Positions 19,630 to 32,034 of a stretch of 64,000 nucleotides of DNA are shown here, piece after piece (the first letter of the stretch is position 1; each line of letters begins with the position of its first letter). Location: positions 186,001 to 250,000 of the forward strand of contig JAIVFI010000044.1 of NCBI GenBank assembly GCA_025558095.1. The letters are read 5' to 3'. The notes beneath the pieces are model-generated. The model was not told where the DNA came from, searched no databases, and saw only the letters and a program-made list of their open reading frames with translations. This DNA comes from Hyaloraphidium curvatum SAG 235-1 (taxonomy: Eukaryota; Fungi; Monoblepharomycota). Position numbers and translations under genes: made by a program.

Positions 19630-22006
19630 TCACTCGGGCGGCTTCTCCGCCGGCTCGTCCGCGGGTTCGGGCGGCGGCACGCCTTCGTCCTCGGGCGGCG
19701 GGCCCTCTTCCGGCTTTGCGTCCTTCGGCCCTTCCTCAGGCTTGTCCGCGGGCGGTGCAGGCGGTTCGGGCGCCTTGCCTTCCGGCGACGGCGGGCCTCC
19801 ATCGGGCGCTTTGCCTTCCTGCGGCGCCGCTCCGTCGGGTGCCTTCCCCTCCTGCGGCCCAGGTCCCGGCTTTTCCGCCTCGGGCGGCGCGCCCCCGCCG
19901 GGCTTGCGCCGCGGCTTCTTGCGCGGCGGCTTGCCCTCGCCCTCCTTCGGCCCGGGAGCCTGCTGGTCCCCCTGCGGCGCGGGCTGGTCCGGTTTCTGTC
20001 CCTCTGCCGGTCCGGGAGGCGGAGGCGGCGGGGGCGGGGGTGCCGGCGGCGGGGCAGCGGCCGCTGCCGCCTCGGCCGCCTTCCTGTGTTCCTCCCTGAC
20101 GGCCCTCGCCGCCTTCTCCGCCGCCTCCTCCACCGCCTTGCGCTCCTTCTCCCCCAGCTCCGCCGAAAACCTGTCCAACCGCCCCTCGAACTCCTTCCAC
20201 CGCGTCCCCACCTCGCGCGCCGCCACGTCCCGCAGGTGCGGGCCCTGCCGGTCGAACAGCTCCAGCCCGGACCAGTGCTTCACCCGCGACATCATGGTCC
20301 CGTAGAAGCCGCCCTCGCGGATGCCGCCCATCTTTGCCGCGCGCTCGCCGATGGCCTCCCGGCGCTGCTTCTCGAACGCCCCCTCGCACGACTTGCCGAA
20401 GGAGGACTCGAACAGCACGACGAACATGGTGTTGGCCCACTCGAACACCGGGCGGGTGCACTTGGTCACGTCGTTGACGCTGACGCTCTCGTGCATGAGC
20501 CCGTTGCCGCACTGCATCTCCAGCAGCAGCCTGAAGGCGTCCGCGCGCGAGTAGACGTCGCGGTCGAGGATGGCCTCGACCATGGTCCCCAGGGGCCAGA
20601 TGTGGCCCGGCGGGGTGTGCGGCGACCCCGTGCCGCCAAAGAAGGGGATCTTCTTCTTCTTGCCGCGGTAGTTGTTGCGCGCGGCCGAGAACTCGGTCTC
20701 GAAGTAGTACTTGTTCTTGTCGCTGAGGAGGCGCTGCTTGGTGCGGAGGTAGGCGGTCTCGTCGTAGTGGCGGTAGCCGAGGATGGGGACCGAGAGGAGC
20801 GACGGGACGTTGGGGTCGTCGAAGTCCACCATGGAGGAGCCGAGGCCGTCGACCTCGTAGGCGTAGATGTACTCCTGCGTGTCCGATGTCTGGCAACGGG
20901 GTGGGCCGCCCATCAGGAACGGAAGGCGCGCTTGGCCGCCGCGCGTCCCCAACCTTGACTTTGCCGTACGTCTCGATGCCCTCCCTGATCTGCTCCGCCA
21001 TCTCCCCCGCCAGCTTCTCGATCTCCGGATCCCGCCACACCGCCGCGTTGAGCAGCACCGCCTTTTCCAGCGCGGCGCAGACGTACATGTTGACCGGCAC
21101 GTTGTACCCGTGGGCCTGCGCGTCGTCCGAGGGGCGGAACCCGCCCCAGACCATCCCCGTGTAGCCGACCTTGCTGCCCTTGCCCCCGTAGGGCAGCTCC
21201 TTGTACAGGTAGGGCGACTCCTTCTCGTGCTCCTGCTCGATGCGGTAGGTGCGCAGGGTGGTCAGGACGGCGTCGTGGATCACGGTCTCGTTGAGGAAGC
21301 GCTCGCGGCCCCAGATGGCCGGCTCGGTGCGGAAGTAGTTGTAGAGCAGGTTGATGAAGTAGGCGCCCGTGTCGGGCTCGTAGTTGCGCGTGCTCACGAA
21401 GCCGTAGCGGCCCAGCTCCATGTCGCCCTGGGTCAGGTCGGACTCGGTCTTCCACTTCTGCGAGAAGGAGTTTGCCCACGGGTCCAGGGCGAGCAGGTAG
21501 GCCTGCGTGCGGATGGCGGTGTCGACGAGGTTGCGCAGGCCGGGGATGGCGCGCACGCGGGGCAGGAACACGCCGATCTGCACGGCGCCGTCGCGCAGCC
21601 ACTCGTCGAGGATGTCGCCGGTGGCCACGAACACGCTCTGGCCGGTGCCGAAGACCTGCGTGCGGCCCTCGAGCAGCGTGTGGAACAGGCAACGGCCGCA
21701 CAGCTCCTCGACGAGCTTCATGTAGTCCGGGCCGAGCTCGGCGCGCAGTGCGGCTGCCATCGGCGGCGAGGCGAAGGCGGTGCCCGACGCCCACAGCTCG
21801 ACGTCGGGCCACTGGGAGGGCGGCGGGAGGACGAACTGTGCGGAGTCGACTTCGTCGGGGGGAGGCACGTCCGCGGGCGCGGCGAGGGACGGCAGCGGGA
21901 GCGGCAGCCGCGGCACGCGCCCGCGCAGCAGCAGCAGCGCGACGACGCCGACCGCGACCGCCGGCAGCGCGAGCCGCTTCAGCCGCGACGCGCCGAACCG
22001 CGCCAT
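19630..22006 (-). CDS. Glycoside hydrolase family 125 (exo-alpha-1,6-mannosidase-like), N-terminal membrane anchor, Pro/Glu-rich tail
   Basis: FVATGDI..WLRD, DPWANSF, GFRPSDDA, YAYEVDGLG..DDPNVPSLLS, GSPHTP..IWPL, GLMHES, TRPVFEWAN; one intron at ~20891-20952; tail with three EGKAP units. Confidence 0.9.
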
Positions 22007-22042
22007 TGCGGACGCGTCGGGGGGAGCCGCAGAGCCGCAGCG

Positions 22043-22058
22043 GGTTAGCGCGCTAACC
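22043..22058. promoter_or_regulatory. 16-bp perfect palindrome GGTTAGCGCGCTAACC in the divergent GH125/COG5 promoter; TATAAA at 22114
   Basis: Read directly from the sequence; function is inferred only from position. Confidence 0.35.
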
Positions 22059-22177
22059 ACTTCAAGCCCGGGGAAATCGCGCGCCTGGACTGCGCCTAGA
22101 TTTTTCGGCTTATTATAAACCGCACTCAACACCCCCGACACCCGTGTCCTGCCCTTCCGCCCCCCCAACGTCCCACC

Positions 22178-25134
22178 ATGTCCGACTCGGACGCGGCCGA
22201 CGACGTGTCGGTCGACGGCGCCGCGGAAGCCCCGGCCTCCGCGGCCCCGCTCAAGGCGCCCGCGCCCAACACGCCCGCCGCCATCCTCGCGCACCCGGAC
22301 TACGCGGACTTTGCCGCGGACGGCTTCGACGCGAACGCGTACGCGTCGGAGATCGTGCACTCGCCCGCCAGCGCGTACTACTCGGGCTCGGGCGGCATCT
22401 CGGCGTCGCTGCAGAAGCTCGCTTACAACGTCGAGTTCCTGAGGAAGCAGGTGGGGCGCCCCCTCGTTCCGACCCGCTTCCCCGCCTCTAAAACCGCATT
22501 CGGCTTCAGATACACGACCAGGTCGCCGCGCACTACGAGGACCTGCTGCAGCAGGTCACCGGTCTGCAGGACCTCGAGGGCCACCTCTTCAGCGTGCGCC
22601 AGGGCCTCGCCTCGCTGGACGGCACCATGGACAAGTGCGTCGCCCTCCCTCGCCTGTGTTCTGCTTGAAAACTCACCGCCCGCCCAATGCAGAATCCGGG
22701 CCAAAGTCCGCGCCCCCCACACGCAGCTCTCGCAGCTCACCCTGCAGCTGGAGCGTGTGCAGCTCGCCGCCGAGGTGCTCCGCCGCGTGATCCGGTTCCT
22801 GTACCTGTCGCGGCGGCTGGAGGCGCAGATGGCCGCGCACGCGGCGGCGGAGGGGAGGGAGGGGGGCGAGAGGGAGCTGGCAAAGGCCGCCCTGACCTAC
22901 TCCGAAATCGGTCGGGCCCGCCCGGCGCTTCCCACCTCTTTGCACGCTCACCCCTGCCTTCCCTTCCTAGAATCAATCCTCGAGGGCTCCGACCTCGCCG
23001 GCATCGACGCCGTCTCCCGCCTCCTCCCGCACCTGGCCACCTCCCGCGCCTCCATCGTCCGCGTCGGGGACGCCCACCTCCGCCGCGGCATGCAGACCGG
23101 CGACCAGAGCGCCCTCGCTTACGGCCTGCAGGTGCACCGCAACCTCGCGCAGCTCCCCCGCACCGTCAAGGCGGCCGCGGACGCTCTGCTGGAGGAGTGC
23201 AGCGAGCGCGTGAGGGGGGGGTTGGACGTGCAGGCTGCCAACAAGGACGCCAGGGACGGCACCGGCGGGGCGGGGAGCCAGCCGGCGGTCAGGAGGGCGG
23301 GTGGCAACGAGCCCGTGGCGTCGGCACAGGCGGCCGTTTGGGCGTCGGCCCTGTGGACGCGCCTGGAAAAGGCGGTGGACGGGGTGTACGGCGCCGTGGC
23401 CGAGGCGTACCTGCTCGAGAGGGTGCTGCGGAGGAGAAAGGATCCGATATCGGGGGCCACGTTCGAGGAGGAGGTGCTGCCGGCGTTTGGCGGTGAGGGC
23501 GTGGTCGAGTACGTGTGGCGGAATCTGGCGGCCAACTTTGACCGCGAGATCAAGAACGCGACAAAGAGTGGGTGGCATTGGCGCGGCGTTGGCGATCAAG
23601 TCGCTGAACGTAGACCCTGTCTTCCCACAGGCTCGGTCTTCCTGCTCCAGACGCTGCAGAACGCGTACCCACGCCTGCTGCGCCTCGTCAAGGACTTTTT
23701 CGTGCGCGTCCGCGTCATCAAGGGCGCCTTCAACGACCCCACCGCCCCGCAACCACCCGCCCCCGACCCCCTGCCCCTGACTCCGGGCGCCTCCTCCGCC
23801 TCCCTCCCCGACGACCCCACCGACCCGCACGAGCTCCTCTTCCTCCGCTCCCTCTCCCCCCTCGCCACGGCCTACATCCAGCGCTCCGCCACCCGCATGT
23901 TCGACCCCATCAACCTCGCCTTCCCCGGGGAGCGCGCGGCGCGGTGGGTCCCCGCCCGCGAGGACTCGGAGAGGATCGTCCGCGTCGTCGCGGCGGAGCT
24001 GGAGCAGGCGCGGTTCGACGCCAAGCTCCTCCGCAGCGTGGGTAGGAACGCCGGCAAGGCGGCGCACGCGTTCGCGGTCAAGGCCGAGGGGCTGGTGTCT
24101 GCGTACGACCTCGCGCCCGTGATGGCGGGGCCGGCGGCGCCGGGGTTGGTCACCGATCTGGAGCTGGTCAACGCGCTGTTCTGGTTCGAGGACGGGGTGT
24201 GGAGGGTGCTGGAGGAGTACGAGGTGGCGTCGGGCCTGGTGGAGGAGATGGGGCCGGCGCTCGAGGCGGTGCGAAAGGTGGCCATGGCGGCGGTGGAGCC
24301 GCTGTTCAGGAACATGGGGAAGGAGCTGGAGGCGACGATCGTCAAGATCCACAAGGAGGACTACCACAAGTGGGTTTTCGTCGTCTTTGTTTGCGCCCGA
24401 GTTGCTGACGCATGGGTTTCAGATCCGCGCCCGCCAAGGCGGCGGGCGTCGTGCGGGTCGGGACGCCGTCCACGGACGCCGACGGCCAATACCTCAAGGA
24501 GCTCGGGACCAGGCTCAAGTGGATCCAGAAGGAGGTTGTCGCGCGGCTCACGGCCCCCGGCGACGAGTCGCGTTCGTGGGTCCGCGCTCTCGCGGCGCGC
24601 GTGCTGGACCTCTTCCTGCGGCACGCATCCTTGTGCCGCCCGCTTTCGGAACCGGGCAAGCTGCGGCTGGCCAACGACATGACGCAGGTCGAGTTCCTGC
24701 TCAACCAGTTCCTGGTCGACTCGGGGATCAAGAACGGGCTCAACGCCGCCTCCACGGACCCCACGGACGAGCTGGTCTCGGCGTACCGCCACCTGCGCGC
24801 CTTCAGGCCCCTGCTCTTCCTGGACCTGCAGCAGCTCGTCGCGCCGCACCACACCTCGCAGATCCAGACGCTGATCGTGGTGCACCACCTGTTCGTGCGC
24901 TCGCCGGCGGGCACGCTGCTGCTCCCGCACGAGCGCTTCGGGTGGAACCAGCAGCAGTACTCGGAATGGCTGGACTCGCACCCTGAAAAGGACCAGATCA
25001 CGCTCGCGGAGCGGTGCCTGGAGGAGTACGTCAACGACGTGAGGAGGAAGGGCGAGAAGGAGTTTGTCGCCGAGTTCCCCGTCGTGCGGACGGTGCTGGA
25101 CGAATGGAAGGCGCGGTTGGCAGGGGAACGCTAG
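22178..25134 (+). CDS. COG5: Conserved oligomeric Golgi complex subunit 5
   Basis: FDANAYAS, HYEDLLQQV, YPRLLRL, RHASLCRPLSEPGKLRLANDMTQVEF, YRHLRAFRPLLF, LPHERFGW; about 5 introns. Confidence 0.9.
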
Positions 25135-25173
25135 ACGCGGGGCGGGTGTATTACTCTATCTTGGAAGAACGGG

Positions 25174-27379
25174 CTATTTGCGACCTAGCTCCTTGTCGAC
25201 TGCCGCGATCTCGGCCTTGATGGCCTCAAGCTTCTTGCCGACCTCCTGCCGCTTCTTTTCCGCCTCGGGCTGCGAACCCAGCTGGTGCAGGTTCAGCACC
25301 TCGTCCTGGTGCTCGAGCAGCTTGCGCCGCCTCCTGGCCCACAGATCCGCCATGCTGCTACCAGACCGGCGCAGCTCCGCTTCGGCGTACTCCATCGATC
25401 TCACAGCGTCGGCACGGGCCCTGAGGAGGAGTGCGGCGTCCCTGTGCCGGCCGTTGTAGTCTTCATACGCGTCCTCGAGCTTGCGATGAGCGCGATCCAA
25501 GGCCTTGGAGACGGACTGCGTGGCGCCCGAGGGGTCCTGCATGGGAACGCGGGAAGGCAATAAGTGTATTGCGCGCAGCGTACACATGCGCCCCGTCAAA
25601 CCTTGGTGATCGAGGTATCTATCCGGCCGATGAAGACCACCGAAGCCAGGAACACGAAAATGCCCGTCGCGATCACCAGCGGTTTTCGCAGGTAGGCTGT
25701 GACGGGGAAGCGGTAGGTGACCTGCAACCAAAACATCAGACCGCCTCACGAAGAAGCCCCTGAAGACCCACGATGAACTCGGACCACATCTCGTCGACGA
25801 ACCGCTTCTTCACAAAGACCCGCGTGGGCCTTCCGATGCTGTCAAAGTAGCTGTAGGTGGTCTTGTCGTTTTCGCTGTCGGCTTCGAACGGCAAGAACAC
25901 CTTGATATCGCTGCAGCAGAAACCTCGTCAACGCGATAAACGACACATGCTCCGGCCCTCTCACCTGGCGCCCTCAGGCAAGATGACCTCCAACGTCAGC
26001 TTGTCCGCAGGCACGTTCTTCAGGCCCTCATAGACGCGCGCCTTCAGGACGTAGCGTCCTTGGCTCGAGTCGTACTTGACGAGCGGCTCCCGGCCCGAGG
26101 ACATCGGAACCTCGTAGCCGTGGCTCCACGAAAACTTCCAGCCCCCGTAGATGGGGTAGCGCGGCCGCATTTCAAAGACCGAGTGCGAGGCTTCGTTGCG
26201 GAAGTGGGACGTCGACACGTTGCCGTCCACGTCCCTGTACCACGGGTCCCTGGCTCCTGCGGGCCAAAAGAGCTTGAAGCCGCTCGCGACCATGGTCCCG
26301 TCGGCACCACCGTAGTTCTGGGACCTGGCGAAATCGATCCGCGAGAAAGGTTCCCGCAGTCTGGGCGAGGTTCGTCAACGGCGAGCAAGCCACCGATTGG
26401 TGCCTTTCCCTACCTTGGGCCATCGTGAACGAGGACAGAATCCTCCGAAAACTCGACCTTGGATTGCCAGTGGCTGACTTGTATCTTCCTCGTAACGCTC
26501 TCGAGCACGAGGACGGGGTAGGGCACCTCGAAATGGAAGCGAACGGGCTCGCGCTTGTGCGGTGCGAGCTCTCCCTTGAAAGTGAAGGAGTATTGGTTGC
26601 CGGAGACCGACGACGCCGCCGGGCTGTGGGAGTGGACCTTCCCGGGCGGAGTCCTGTGGGGAGGCAGTCGTTCAGCGACGTGGTTTCCTTCGCGCAACAA
26701 GGACCCACTTGACCGTGGTCTTGGACTTCTCCGTGGTGTAAGGCGAGTCGAAGTACTGGTTGCCCTCGTAGACGCGGGAGGTGCGGTCGCTTTGGCTGAT
26801 CTTCTTGGGCAGGTTCTCCGTCAGGTGCACGTAGCTTGTGCCCACGACCAGTTGCACGGAGTCGCCTGCAGGCAGAGGTGCCGGAAGGATGACCTTATAG
26901 AATTGCTTGCCTCTGGAAGAGACAAAGACGCGTCAGGAGGGGAGACTGCCCATCCGCGAAGGAGCTCACATGGTCGCGTCGTACTGTCCCTTCTGCACCA
27001 CCAGCTTCGTCTTCTCCCCTTTAACGATGACTTCGAGCGACGCAAGATGCAAATCCGCCAGCGCAGAGTCAATGGTGACGTAGTAGGCATCCTCGGGCCC
27101 CGAGGCCGTGTTCTTCGCCGTGACCGTCGCGACTTCCCGCACGATGGCGGGGTTCTGAAGGTCCACGACGCGAACCACATTCGTGTTCACGAAGTGTTGC
27201 GGCGCAATGAATGGCACCGCGTTGACCGAGGACGACGACGCCGCGGAGACCAAGGGCGCGTTCCGGGCCGAAAGGAGCGCGACGAAGGCCGTCGCCAGGA
27301 CCCAGAGCGAAGCGGCTGGGCCGAGTGCCGGCAAGCTCCTGCGAGCGACGCGGGATCGCGCGCCCGAAAGGCCCCTCAT
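25174..27379 (-). CDS. OST1: Oligosaccharyltransferase subunit ribophorin I
   Basis: FVNTNVVRVVDL, YFDSPYTT, IQVSHW, FSRIDF, WYRDVDGNVSTSHFR, RPRYPIYGGWK, ILPEGA, YSYFDSIGRP, then a TM segment and a C-terminal helical exon. Confidence 0.92.
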
Positions 27380-27554
27380 CGCAAGGATGTGCTCAGGGAA
27401 CGCAGGTCTGCAGTGCAGGGACGCGACTGTGTGCGTCACCGCCGCGATTACAAGGTTTCAACGCCTCTCTAGCTTCAGCTTCATTACATGGCGATGCTCT
27501 ATGTTACTACTCAGTCTTCCTCAGTGACAAAGCCAGTGATTCCATGCTTTCGGC

Positions 27555-30500
27555 TCAAGCGTCGACCCCCGTCCGCCAGCTCCTCCAGCTGCGGGCCGAT
27601 TCCTGCTTCTTGTACGATCCCGAGTTGTACTTCTCGAGCGCGTCCACCAGCACGCAGGCGACCTTGGAATCGTTGATAATGCCGACGCCAAGGTCGACCG
27701 ACGTGCGGCGCAGGACGTAGTTCGGGTCCGTCGTGAGCTCGGGGCGCTCGCGGGCGAGGTTGATCGTGAGGCTGATCTTGTTCTCGGCGAAAACCTGGCG
27801 CGCCGACTTCTTGTCGCCGAGGATCTTGACGATCTGCCCGTCCGGAACGATCGGGCGGGATCCCTTGATGCCGCGGATCTCGAGGAACTGCGTGGTCTCG
27901 CTGCTGTCCGTCAGGACCTTGTACCCCTGGTTGGTGAGGGACTCGCAGATGTAGGCAAACTCGTCCATGTTGGTGAGGTGGTCGCAGCCGACAGCCACGG
28001 AGCTGCTGAGAGCCATGGGAAGCTGCTTGACGTTCTGGTGGTTGCTGAGCAGGCCCACGAGGAAGGCCTCGTGCACGTCCCTGCCAAAGCAGGCCACCTC
28101 GCCCGTCGAGGCCATTTCCACGCCGAGCATGGGGTCGGCACCGCCAAGGCGGGTCCACGAAAAGATGGGGACCTTGACGCACTTGTACGGGCGGTCCTGC
28201 TTCATGAGATCCGTGGCGGGAGCCGCCGTCTTGAGCGACGGGTGCCTCATGATGGCGCGCGTGGCCAGGTCGATGAAGTTAATGTCCAGGGTCTTGGAGA
28301 CGTAGGGGAAGGAGCGCGAAGCGCGGAGGTTGCACTCAATGACCTTGAGCTCGTAGGGGAACCCCTTGTGGTGGCCGTGCTCGTGCGGCTCGAGATCGCG
28401 CTTGATGATCTGCATGTTGAAGGGGCCCGTGATCTTGAAAGCAGCCGCGACCTTCTCGGCAATGATACGGCAGTCGTCGACGACAGCGGGAGTCAGGGGC
28501 TTCAGGCCGATCTTGGGCAGGCCGCCCTGCTTGGAGATTTCGTCCACCGTCGCCACGATCGGAGGGAGGACGAGGGTGGCATCTCCGGAGTGCACGCCGG
28601 CATTCTCGATGTGCTGCGACACGGCGTACGTCACGAGCTTTCCGTCCTGTCCGACGGCGTCCACGTCGAGCTCCTGCGCTCCGTTGATGAACTTGCTGAT
28701 CACAACAGGGTACTCCTTGGAGACCGCGGCAGCGTGGCCGAGGAACTCCACGAGGTCCTCGTGGGTGTGCGCAACCTTCATGGCCGCGCCCGAGAGCACG
28801 TACGAGGGCCGAACGAGCACGGGGTATCTGACAGGGAGACGCATCAGCTTGCGCGACGTCCACGACAACGACGTACGCACCCGACACGCTGAGCAAACGA
28901 CTTGGCGTCGTCCATGGAGGTCAGTTCCTGCCAATCAGGTTGGTCCACCCCGATGGTGTCCAAAGTCGAGGAGAACTTTTCGCGATCTTCAGCACGGTCG
29001 ACGTCAACCGGGCTCGTGCCGAGCACGTTGATGCCACGGTTCCACAGCTTGAGAGCGATGTTCTGCGGGAGCTGGCCGCCCACGCTGACGATCACGCCCG
29101 AGGACTGCTCCAACTCGAAAATGTCCATGGTGCGCTCGAAGCTGAGCTCCTCAAAGTACAAGCGATCGCACTCGTCAAAGTCGGTCGACACGGTTTCCGG
29201 GTTGTAGTTGACCATGACGGTGCGGTAGCCGAGGTCCTTAAGCGTGCGGATCGTGGCGACTCCGCACCAATCGAACTCCACCGAGCTGCCAATGCGGTAG
29301 ACGCCAGAACCGAGCACCATGATGCCCTTGTCGTCAAATTTGACGTCGTTGGTGATACCGTTGTAGGTCGTGTACAGGTAGTTGGTCGGGGCCGGGAACT
29401 CGGCCGCAAGGGTGTCGATACGCTTGACGACGGGAATGATGCCGAAAGACTTGCGCAGGGCGCGGACGGCGAGCTCCGTCGAGGCCGTGAGGTCCGCAAT
29501 CTGCTTGTCAGAGAAACCGGCCTTCTTGGCCTTGTTCAGAAGCGGGACGGGGATCTGCGAGGTCTCGAGCTGGTAGTTGGTCTTGACCACCGGGGGAGAC
29601 TGGGTGGCGTCGATGTCCTCCTTGACCGGCGTCGGGCCGCGATACTTCTGCAGTTCAGTGCGGATGTTGACGATGTTCTCGAGCTTGTACAGGAACCACT
29701 TGTCGATCTTGGTGAGCTCCCAGATCTTGTCAACGGAGTAGCCCTTGTCGATCATGGCGTTGGCGACGGCAAACAGACGGCGGTCCGTGGGCTTCTGCAG
29801 CACAGAGTCCAGGTTCTCGAAAGGAAGGGATTCGAAACCCTGGAAGGAGGGATCCACCATGCGGATGGCCTGCGGAGCGATCGCTGCTCAGTCACGCAAT
29901 AGAATTCCGGCCTCATGCGTCCGCACCTTCTGCAGAGACTCCTCGAACGTGCGACCGATGGCCATGACCTCTCCCACACTCTTCATCTGGCTCCCAATGT
30001 CGCGGCCGACGTGGGCAAACTTGGCAAGATCCCAGCGGGGAATCTTTGTGACGATGTAGTCCAAACTCGGCTCGAAGTTGGCGGTGGTCGATTTGGTGAC
30101 GGCGTTGCGCAGGTCGGGCAGGCTGGCGCCAAGCGCGATCTTGGCCGCGACGAAAGCAAGGGGGTAGCCGGTGGCCTTGGAAGCCAGCGCACTCGAGCGC
30201 GACAGGCGGGCGTTCATTTCGATGACGCAGTACTCGAGGCTGTTGGGGTTCAAGGCGTACTGCACGTTGCACTCTCCGACGACGCCGACGTGGCGAACGA
30301 TCTTCATGGCTGCAGTGCGCAGCATGTGGTATTCTTCGTCGGAAAGGGTCTGCGAAGGGGCAACGACGATAGAGTCTCCGGTGTGAACGCCGAGCGGATC
30401 AAAGTTCTCCATGTTGCAGACGGTGATGCAGTTGTCCTCGGCGTCGCGGACGACCTCGTACTCGACCTCCTTCCAGCCGCGCATCGACTTCTCGACCAGA

Positions 30501-31494
30501 ATCTGGGGAGAAAGCGATAGCGACTTGGAAGCGAGCTGCTCCAATTCCGCGCGGTTCTCGGCAAAGCCGGATCCGAGACCGCCCAGCGCGTAGGCAGAGC
30601 GAACGATGATCGGGTAGCCGATCTTTTCCGCGGCTTCCAGCGCGGCATCGACGGTCTCGACGGCAAAGGAGTAGGCGCAGGGGATGTCGATGTCTTCAAC
30701 ACGCGGCGTCAGCAGCGCTGCCAAGGCATCGACGGCAAACCTCACCTTTGAGGGCCTTAGCAAAGAGGTCACGGTCCTCGCTGAGTTCCAGAGTACGGAT
30801 CGACGTGCCCAGAACCCTGACGTTGTACTTTTCGAAGACGCCCATGTGGTAAAGCTGGACGCCGACGTTGAGCGCGCTCTGGCCGCCGAAAGCCAGCATG
30901 ATCCCGTCCGGCTTCTCCTTCTGGATCACGTATTCGATGAACTCGGCGTTGATGGGGAGGAAATAGACCACGTCCGCCAACTCCTCGGCCGTCTGGTTGG
31001 TGGCGATGTTCGGGTTGATAAGCACAGTGAAGACACCCTCCTCTTTGCAGGCCTTGATGGCCTGGGAGCCTGCACAGTGCCCGTGAGCGAATGGATCACA
31101 TCGCGGGCCCCGAAGCAATCATACCCGAGTAATCAAACTCGCCAGCCTGCCCAATGCTGAGCCCTCCAGACCCGACAATCAGCACCTTCTTAGCCAACGG
31201 CCCGTTCTTGAGGGCCGACCCCGGGTTGGCCGGCGGGGCAACGGTCGCGTACTGGCGCCGGTTCGGTCCGCACGTCGCGAACATGGCCTGGCCCGAGTAG
31301 AACCGGAATTTTTCTTCCGGTGTCAGCCGCTCGACCCATTTGGGATCGGAAACCGGTTGCCGCGGCTTCGGTTGCGAAGAAATCCCGCGAACGGTAGGGC
31401 CCTTGGGGCCAAGACCAGCAGGCGGCGCCACCCGGGGGGTCGGCGGAACGAAGAACGGCGCCGCCAATGGCCGCAGCCACGGCAAGAGCCGCAT
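27555..31494 (-). CDS. CPA2: Arginine-specific carbamoyl-phosphate synthase large subunit, with mitochondrial-type presequence
   Basis: [97 protein letters not shown]; no GATase or ATCase fusion; four introns. Confidence 0.95.
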
Positions 31495-31598
31495 GGTTTT
31501 CGACGCTAAAATCGAGTCGGAAATGATTAGATCAGCATCTTAGGTCCGCAGCTGTCCGAAAACTCACGCTGCATCGCGTGCAGCCCGTCGTCCCCGCC

Positions 31599-31622
31599 CG
31601 ATAGCTGGACGATAGCTGGACG
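31599..31622. repeat. 11-bp tandem repeat (CGATAGCTGGA)x2 upstream of CPA2
   Basis: Read directly; each unit contains GATA. Confidence 0.6.
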
Positions 31623-32034
31623 GTTCCCCAAGAACGACCCTAACGTCTACAAGCGGCCGAAGTAGGAATGATAAGGGGTTCGAGAGCGCGCCAGGCAGTT
31701 CGTGGCGTCCGATGGCAGCCGAAAGAGACGAAAGACGACCAGGTCGTCGCCAGGAAAAACGTGGGGGGCGGAGAGCACCGGGGCGTTGTCACTCGTCAGC
31801 ACGAGTCGGCGGCCGGCCAGAAGTTTGATCTGACCGCGATGCACGCCTGGATCGACAGGAACCTGCTGGGCGGCGTCGCCTGGGGCCGGGAAACGCGCTC
31901 GCGTTCGCTTATCTCTCTGACGGATTGCTTGGCGGGGCGCCACCGCAAACACACACCTTCCCGTTGCCCTCGGCTCTGTTTTGACAGAATGAAGAGGAGA
32001 AAGCACGATCAGAATCTAATCTGAAATCATTCAA

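Noticed and set aside
31647-32024. Overlapping ~119-aa ORFs upstream of CPA2, considered as an arginine attenuator uORF or small gene
   Set aside because: No similarity to the attenuator peptide, which belongs to the small-subunit gene CPA1/arg-2, and no recognisable motif or convincing splice model.
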